A stretch of 64,000 bases of DNA from positions 2,400,001-2,464,000 of the forward strand of contig OY760505.1 in assembly GCA_963663545.1 (NCBI GenBank), written 5' to 3'. The stretch is from Candidatus Delongbacteria bacterium (GTDB taxonomy: Bacteria; CAIWAD01). Position 1 is the first letter of the stretch. Each line of letters opens with the position of its first letter. A program made the translations under genes and the position numbers. Of this stretch, positions 59,503 through 64,000 are shown in pieces. The notes under the pieces were generated by a model. That model had not been told where the DNA came from. It did not search any database and saw only the letters and a program-made list of their open reading frames with translations.

Positions 59503-61068
59503 ATGAGGAAGCATTTCGCCTGCCTGTTGTTGTCTTTCATTGTGATACGGCTTTGCGCTGCGTCCGCTCCGGCTGTCCCTTGCTGGGTGTTTCTGGAAAG
59601 CGGCTACGAAAGCCAATATCCGGCAGAAAAGGCGCTTCAGCCAACCGGGAAAGCCTTGCAGCGTCGAGCGCTGCGAGGAAATGGAGAATGGCCCGAATGG
59701 ATCGATCGTCCTCTGCCAGTTGACTGGATCGAGGCAGTCGAATCCACTGGTGTGGATGTGCGCACGCAGAGTCGTTGGTTGCGCGCTGTCTCGGTGCTGG
59801 CAACAGAGCAGCAGCAGGAACGCTTGCGCACTTTGCCTGGTGTTCGCGAATTGTGTCCCGTGTTACGCGGACGCCGTGTGACGCAGCCGGATCTCGATGC
59901 TTCGCACATCAATCGACTGCAATATGGCGACAGCCAAACGCAGCTTGAGCAGATCGGCGTACCAACGGCTCATGATCGCGGCCTTAGCGGGAGCGGTGTA
60001 CTGGTGCTGATGATTGACAGCGGCTACTACAAGGATCATGAGGCGCTGGATGAATCTCGCGTTGTGGGCGAGTGGGATTTCATCTTCGACGACGGTGATA
60101 CACAGAACGGCCCAGAGGACATCGCCACGCAACACAACCATGGCACGGCGACGGCAACCGCCCTGGGTGCACACGTTCCCGGCGTGCTCTACGGTCCCGC
60201 TTACAATTGCAGCTACCTGTTGGCCAAGACCGAAGATCTGCGCAGTGAGACACCCATAGAAGAGGACTACCTGGTAGCCGCACTGGAGTGGGGCGAGCCG
60301 CTGGGCGCCGACCTGGCTTCCATCTCTCTGGGGTACACGGACTGGTATTTGCAAACCGACCTGGATGGTCAAACTGCCGTTTGTACGCAGGGAGTCAATC
60401 AGGCAATCGAGTTGGGTATGGTCGTTGTTACTTCGGCAGGAAATTCACGCGTCAGCGACTGGGGCGCTATCGGTACTCCCGCCGATGCTTTTGAAGTAAT
60501 CAGCACTGGTGCCGTCGATAGCGCTGGAGAGCTGATGTACTTCAGCAGTCCGGGACCGACAGCCGATGGCCGCATCAAGCCAGAAGTCGTAGCCATGGGC
60601 GGCGGCGTCTGGTGCGCGGGAACCGACAATGTGACACACTATCGCACCGCGGCGGGCACAAGTCTTTCCTGCCCCCTGGTGGCGGGAAGCGCAGCACTGA
60701 TCTTGGAAGCGCATCCTGACTGGACTCCAGGTCTCGTGAGACGCGCGCTGATGTTCACCGCAGACCGTGCGGGCGCACCGGACAATGACTTCGGCTGGGG
60801 GCTCGTTAATCTGCCCGCCGCGCTGGATTTCCAACCGGGCGGTGATACGCTACAGATCAGCCTCCAGGCAGGACAGCTCGTACTCTGCTGGAATGCTGGC
60901 TTGGCGCAGAGCTACATCGTACGCAGCTCTGATTGCGCCTACGGTCCTTTTGAAACGGTTGTTGCCGCAACTGCGGACACAATGCTTGTGATACAAAACG
61001 TCATTGGCGACGCTACTCGCTTCTATCAGGTGCGAGCCTTTTTTGAGGACGCTGGAGTCGACCAATGA
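59503..61068 (+). CDS. Secreted S8 serine peptidase
   Basis: MIDSG, HNHGTA, SAGN, GPTADGRIKPEV, GTSLSCPLVAG; GGAGG SD; signal peptide. Confidence 0.92.
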   Translation: MRKHFACLLLSFIVIRLCAASAPAVPCWVFLESGYESQYPAEKALQPTGKALQRRALRGNGEWPEWIDRPLPVDWIEAVESTGVDVRTQSRWLRAVSVLATEQQQERLRTLPGVRELCPVLRGRRVTQPDLDASHINRLQYGDSQTQLEQIGVPTAHDRGLSGSGVLVLMIDSGYYKDHEALDESRVVGEWDFIFDDGDTQNGPEDIATQHNHGTATATALGAHVPGVLYGPAYNCSYLLAKTEDLRSETPIEEDYLVAALEWGEPLGADLASISLGYTDWYLQTDLDGQTAVCTQGVNQAIELGMVVVTSAGNSRVSDWGAIGTPADAFEVISTGAVDSAGELMYFSSPGPTADGRIKPEVVAMGGGVWCAGTDNVTHYRTAAGTSLSCPLVAGSAALILEAHPDWTPGLVRRALMFTADRAGAPDNDFGWGLVNLPAALDFQPGGDTLQISLQAGQLVLCWNAGLAQSYIVRSSDCAYGPFETVVAATADTMLVIQNVIGDATRFYQVRAFFEDAGVDQ

Positions 61069-61811
61069 GCAAGGGCCGCTTGCATGTAACACGCTTTCGG
61101 GATCACGGCTGGCTTGTGCATGTTGCACCCTGGGCCGCCGACTGGTGGCCCGGCGTTGACACTCTGCTGAGCACCCTGGAGGGCGAGCGTGTCGAGGTGC
61201 TGCGCGACAGCGATCGCAGCCGCGTGATACGTCTGCGGTGTCTACCACAAGCGCCTGGAAGGTTGGATTGTGTGGCCAAACAGCCGCGCTGGCATGATCG
61301 TCGCCGTTGGATTCGCTTCACCACGCTCTGGCGCAAGGGCGAAGCTCTGCGGACCTTTTCTGCCTGGATGGAGCTGAGCGCGTTGCATTGGCCAGCACCC
61401 CGTCCGCTGGCCGCGCTCGAGCGCCGATGCTGCGGCATGGTGTTCGAGAGTTGGCTGCTCTACGAGTTTGTTGAAGGCGAGAGTGTATCGGAAGCGCACT
61501 GGCCCCTAATCGTCCAGGCTTTGCAATCGCTGCACAGCGCTGGCTTCTGTCATCGTGATCCGCACTTGGCCAACTGGCTGATTCACAATGGCGAAGTTCG
61601 CGCGCTTGATATCAACCCTGCTCGACTCGGCCTGCTCTGCGGAGGCTACGGCATCGCATTTGATTTCATCCGCCTGCGCCAATGCGAGCCGCGTGCCGCA
61701 AGCCTTCTGCCAAAGCGGCGCGGGCTGTGTTGGTTACTGGCAGAGGCACGAAATTCTGTGCACGAATGGCTGGCCAGGCGCAAGCGCAAACTGCGCGGCC
61801 AGAGCGTGTAA
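61065..61811 (+). CDS. Kdo/WaaP-family LPS kinase-like protein
   Basis: VAK, PRPLA, YEFVEG, LHSAGFCHRDPHLANWL, ALD. Confidence 0.7.
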   Translation: MSKGRLHVTRFRDHGWLVHVAPWAADWWPGVDTLLSTLEGERVEVLRDSDRSRVIRLRCLPQAPGRLDCVAKQPRWHDRRRWIRFTTLWRKGEALRTFSAWMELSALHWPAPRPLAALERRCCGMVFESWLLYEFVEGESVSEAHWPLIVQALQSLHSAGFCHRDPHLANWLIHNGEVRALDINPARLGLLCGGYGIAFDFIRLRQCEPRAASLLPKRRGLCWLLAEARNSVHEWLARRKRKLRGQSV

Positions 61812-61985
61812 AGGTCCTTCGATCGAAGATTGTTAGTTTCTAGACAAGGCGGGAACATAGCTCCCGCCTTTTGCGTAGGGGAAAACTTTCGACCGCGGGC
61901 AGTAGAAGTCGTTGTCCGTGGCTGCGGCTGTCCCCGGCCGCGCTGTTCTCGCACATGGAAGAATCATAAATGGGTAGTGAGGGCT

Positions 61986-62951
61986 ATGATCCAGTTCGAT
62001 CAACTTAGCAAGCACTATGGCCCCGTGAAGGCGCTGGACCAAGCCAGTTTCAGTGTCAACACCGGGGAGATCGTGGGCCTGCTCGGACCCAATGGTGCCG
62101 GCAAGACTACGGCAATGAAGGTGCTCACGTGTTACATGCCTCCCACAGCGGGGGGTGTCACCGTAGACAATCTGGATGTGGAGCGCGACGCGCTGGAAAT
62201 CCGGCGGAAGCTGGGTTACCTGCCGGAGCACAATCCGTTGTACCTGGACATGAGTGTGGACGAGTATCTGCAGTTCTGTGCCCGTTTGCATCAGGTCCCG
62301 CGTCAGGACATGGCAAAACGCATCGATCGCACCATTGATCGTTGCGGCCTTGGCAGCCACCGCAGGCGTCACATCGGACAGCTTTCCAAGGGCTTCCGTC
62401 AGCGTGTCGGTTTGGCACAGGCCATGGTTCACGAGCCGGAAGTGCTCATTCTCGATGAGCCCACAACCGGTTTGGATCCAAACCAGATTGTCGAAATCCG
62501 CAACCTGATCAAGGAGCTGGGCCGCGAAAAGACGGTGCTGCTTTCCACACATATCATGCAGGAAGTGCAGGCGGTCTGCAGCCGCGTTGTCATCATCAAC
62601 AAGGGCCGCATTGTGGCCGATGACACCGCCGAAAACCTGCAGGCCAACCAGTCGGGACGTCCGGTGTACACGCTGGAAATCAAGGCTGGCAGCGGCAACC
62701 TGGATGGTGCCGCCCGTCGTCTGCGCGAGCGTTTGCCCTTGGGCGATATCGAGGATCTGACTCCGCACGGTGCCAGCACCCTCAAGCTGCGTCTGCAAGG
62801 CGAGGCCGACTCTGCCAGCGACATTCGCGAGCTACTCTTCGGTTTTGCCGTCGAGCAGGGCTGGGTTCTGCTTGAGCTGGGCCGCACGCAGCGTTCTCTC
62901 GAAGATGTCTTCCGCCAGTTCACCACCGACGGTCAGGAGGGGACACGATGA
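61986..62951 (+). CDS. ABC transporter ATP-binding protein (GldA-like)
   Basis: GPNGAGKTT, YLPEHNPLY, LSKGFRQRVG, LDEPTTGLDPNQ, STHIMQEV. Confidence 0.92.
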   Translation: MIQFDQLSKHYGPVKALDQASFSVNTGEIVGLLGPNGAGKTTAMKVLTCYMPPTAGGVTVDNLDVERDALEIRRKLGYLPEHNPLYLDMSVDEYLQFCARLHQVPRQDMAKRIDRTIDRCGLGSHRRRHIGQLSKGFRQRVGLAQAMVHEPEVLILDEPTTGLDPNQIVEIRNLIKELGREKTVLLSTHIMQEVQAVCSRVVIINKGRIVADDTAENLQANQSGRPVYTLEIKAGSGNLDGAARRLRERLPLGDIEDLTPHGASTLKLRLQGEADSASDIRELLFGFAVEQGWVLLELGRTQRSLEDVFRQFTTDGQEGTR

Positions 62952-63658
62952 ACTCGATCTGTGCCATTTACCGTCGCGAGCTGCAGGCTTACTTCAATAG
63001 TGCTGTCGCCTGGATGTTTCTCGCCGTTTTCCTGCTCTTGGCAGGCTGGTTCTTCTTCAGCGCCTTCTTTGTGCAAGGGCAAGCCGATGTTCGCGGCCTG
63101 CTGGAGATGATTCCGATGATGTTCATCTTCTTCGTGCCAGCGCTTACCATGCGTACGGTCAGCGAAGAGAAGCGCCAGGGCACCCTGGAACTGCTGGTCA
63201 CCTACCCCGTGCAGGATCACGAAGTCATCCTGGGCAAATACCTGGCCACCCTGACCCTGCTGGCCATCGCTGTCGCTGCCACTCTGACCTATACGATCAG
63301 TGTGTCCATGATCGGCGATCTGGACGGCGGTATGGTCTTAACCGGCTACATCGGCATGCTGCTAATGGGAGCCGCCTACGCGGCGATCGGCGTGCTGGCC
63401 TCTAGTCTCACCACGAATCAGATCGCGGGCTTCATTCTGGGGATCGTGATGATCTTTGTCCTCTTCCTGATGGACAAGGTTCTCTACTTCATTCCCGGTC
63501 AACTGGTGGGCCTCTTCGAGTACCTGTCCATCGACGCCCACTACCACAGCCTGATTCGCGGCGTCATCGACACACGCGATCTGGTGTATTACGGCAGCGT
63601 AATCGCTTTGGGCCTCTTCATGGCGTCCCAGAGTCTCAGTCGCCGCAAGTGGAACTAG
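62948..63658 (+). CDS. ABC-2 permease (GldF-like)
   Basis: REL.AYFNS, PALTMR..SEEKRQGTLELL, LGKY, NQI, RGVIDTRD. Confidence 0.9.
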   Translation: MNSICAIYRRELQAYFNSAVAWMFLAVFLLLAGWFFFSAFFVQGQADVRGLLEMIPMMFIFFVPALTMRTVSEEKRQGTLELLVTYPVQDHEVILGKYLATLTLLAIAVAATLTYTISVSMIGDLDGGMVLTGYIGMLLMGAAYAAIGVLASSLTTNQIAGFILGIVMIFVLFLMDKVLYFIPGQLVGLFEYLSIDAHYHSLIRGVIDTRDLVYYGSVIALGLFMASQSLSRRKWN

Positions 63659-63668
63659 GAGGTTGAGC

Positions 63669-64000
63669 ATGAGTGCAACGACACGCAAATCCATGCGCAG
63701 CAGCCTGCTCCTCGTTCTGGCTGTTATCATCGCGCTGAACGTCGCCGGCCGCATGTATTTCGGTCGCGCAGACGTAACCGAGGGCAACATCTACACTTTG
63801 TCCGACTACAGCCGCCAGCTCGTGGCCGGTATGGAGGACAAGATCACGGTCAAGGTCTTCTTCAGCGAAGACCTGGGTCCGCAGTACAATCAGAACCGCA
63901 TCTACCTGCGCGACATGCTCGAGGATTTTCAGGCCTACTCCAATGGCCGCTTCCGTTTCGAGATGGTCAACCCGCGTGAGAAGGAGGCTTTTGAGGCCGA
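63669..64000 (+). CDS. GldG-like ABC auxiliary component, 3'-truncated
   Basis: GGAGG SD; MSATTRK, TM segment, RADVTEGNIYTLS...ITVKVFFSEDL...DMLEDF...VNP; runs off the window. Confidence 0.85.
   Translation, partial: MSATTRKSMRSSLLLVLAVIIALNVAGRMYFGRADVTEGNIYTLSDYSRQLVAGMEDKITVKVFFSEDLGPQYNQNRIYLRDMLEDFQAYSNGRFRFEMVNPREKEAFEA

Larger units (their letters stand above)
262..61230. repeat. Dispersed highly iterated heptamer GTGATAC / GTATCAC (context YGTGATACA; wider family GTRWYAC)
   Basis: Manual count of at least ~115 exact copies (about 72 on +, 44 on -), e.g. 262, 502, 712, 915, 1279, 6111, 6454, 7835, 7863, 22532, 26571, 42328, 42342, 50353, 50361, 58802, 61224, plus dozens of GTGACAC/GTAACAC/GTAATAC variants. 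Confidence 0.95.

Noticed and set aside
262..61230. GTGATAC copies as CRISPR repeats, REP/IS ends or CRP sites
   Set aside because: Only 7-9 bp are conserved, spacing is irregular, most copies are intragenic, and TGTGA is not paired with TCACA at N6 spacing.
61833..62798. 321-aa antisense ORF (similarly 29785-30609, 31097-31843, 44641-45801, 1083-1838)
   Set aside because: Shadows of well-supported genes on the opposite strand in GC-rich DNA; no motifs.
1..64000. tRNA, rRNA, integrase, transposase or prophage genes
   Set aside because: None recognised; intergenic gaps are short and the ORFs lack such motifs.

Overview
A GC-rich (roughly 55-60% by eye) chromosomal segment from a diderm bacterium. 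PorU-like sortase, T9SS-type C-terminal domains, GldA/F/G-like ABC genes, BamD and Lnt point to the FCB group; the lineage is inferred, not verified. About 50 densely packed genes include housekeeping enzymes (upp, rmlC, trmB, pepP, korAB, malQ, ruvX, lnt, bamD, rnhA, a frameshifted nadD), many secreted proteases and surface proteins (three S8 peptidases, tricorn-like S41), a TPP riboswitch on a TonB-dependent receptor, a FAN1-like nuclease, a TPR/sigma54 activator, an ABC-ATPase + DUF4276-like pair and an isolated PduS/PduT-like microcompartment pair. The main signal is not a gene. The heptamer GTGATAC/GTATCAC (usually YGTGATACA) occurs at least ~115 times by manual count, about one per 550 bp against ~6 expected. 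It lies on both strands, inside genes in several reading frames, at stop/start junctions and beside terminators, and looks like a HIP1- or uptake-sequence-like iterated motif that I do not recognise. Also notable: a shared non-T9SS C-terminal domain on five secreted proteins, a consensus sigma54 promoter giving a nearly leaderless mRNA, and an orphan structured RNA candidate. No rRNA, tRNA, CRISPR array or transposase was seen.
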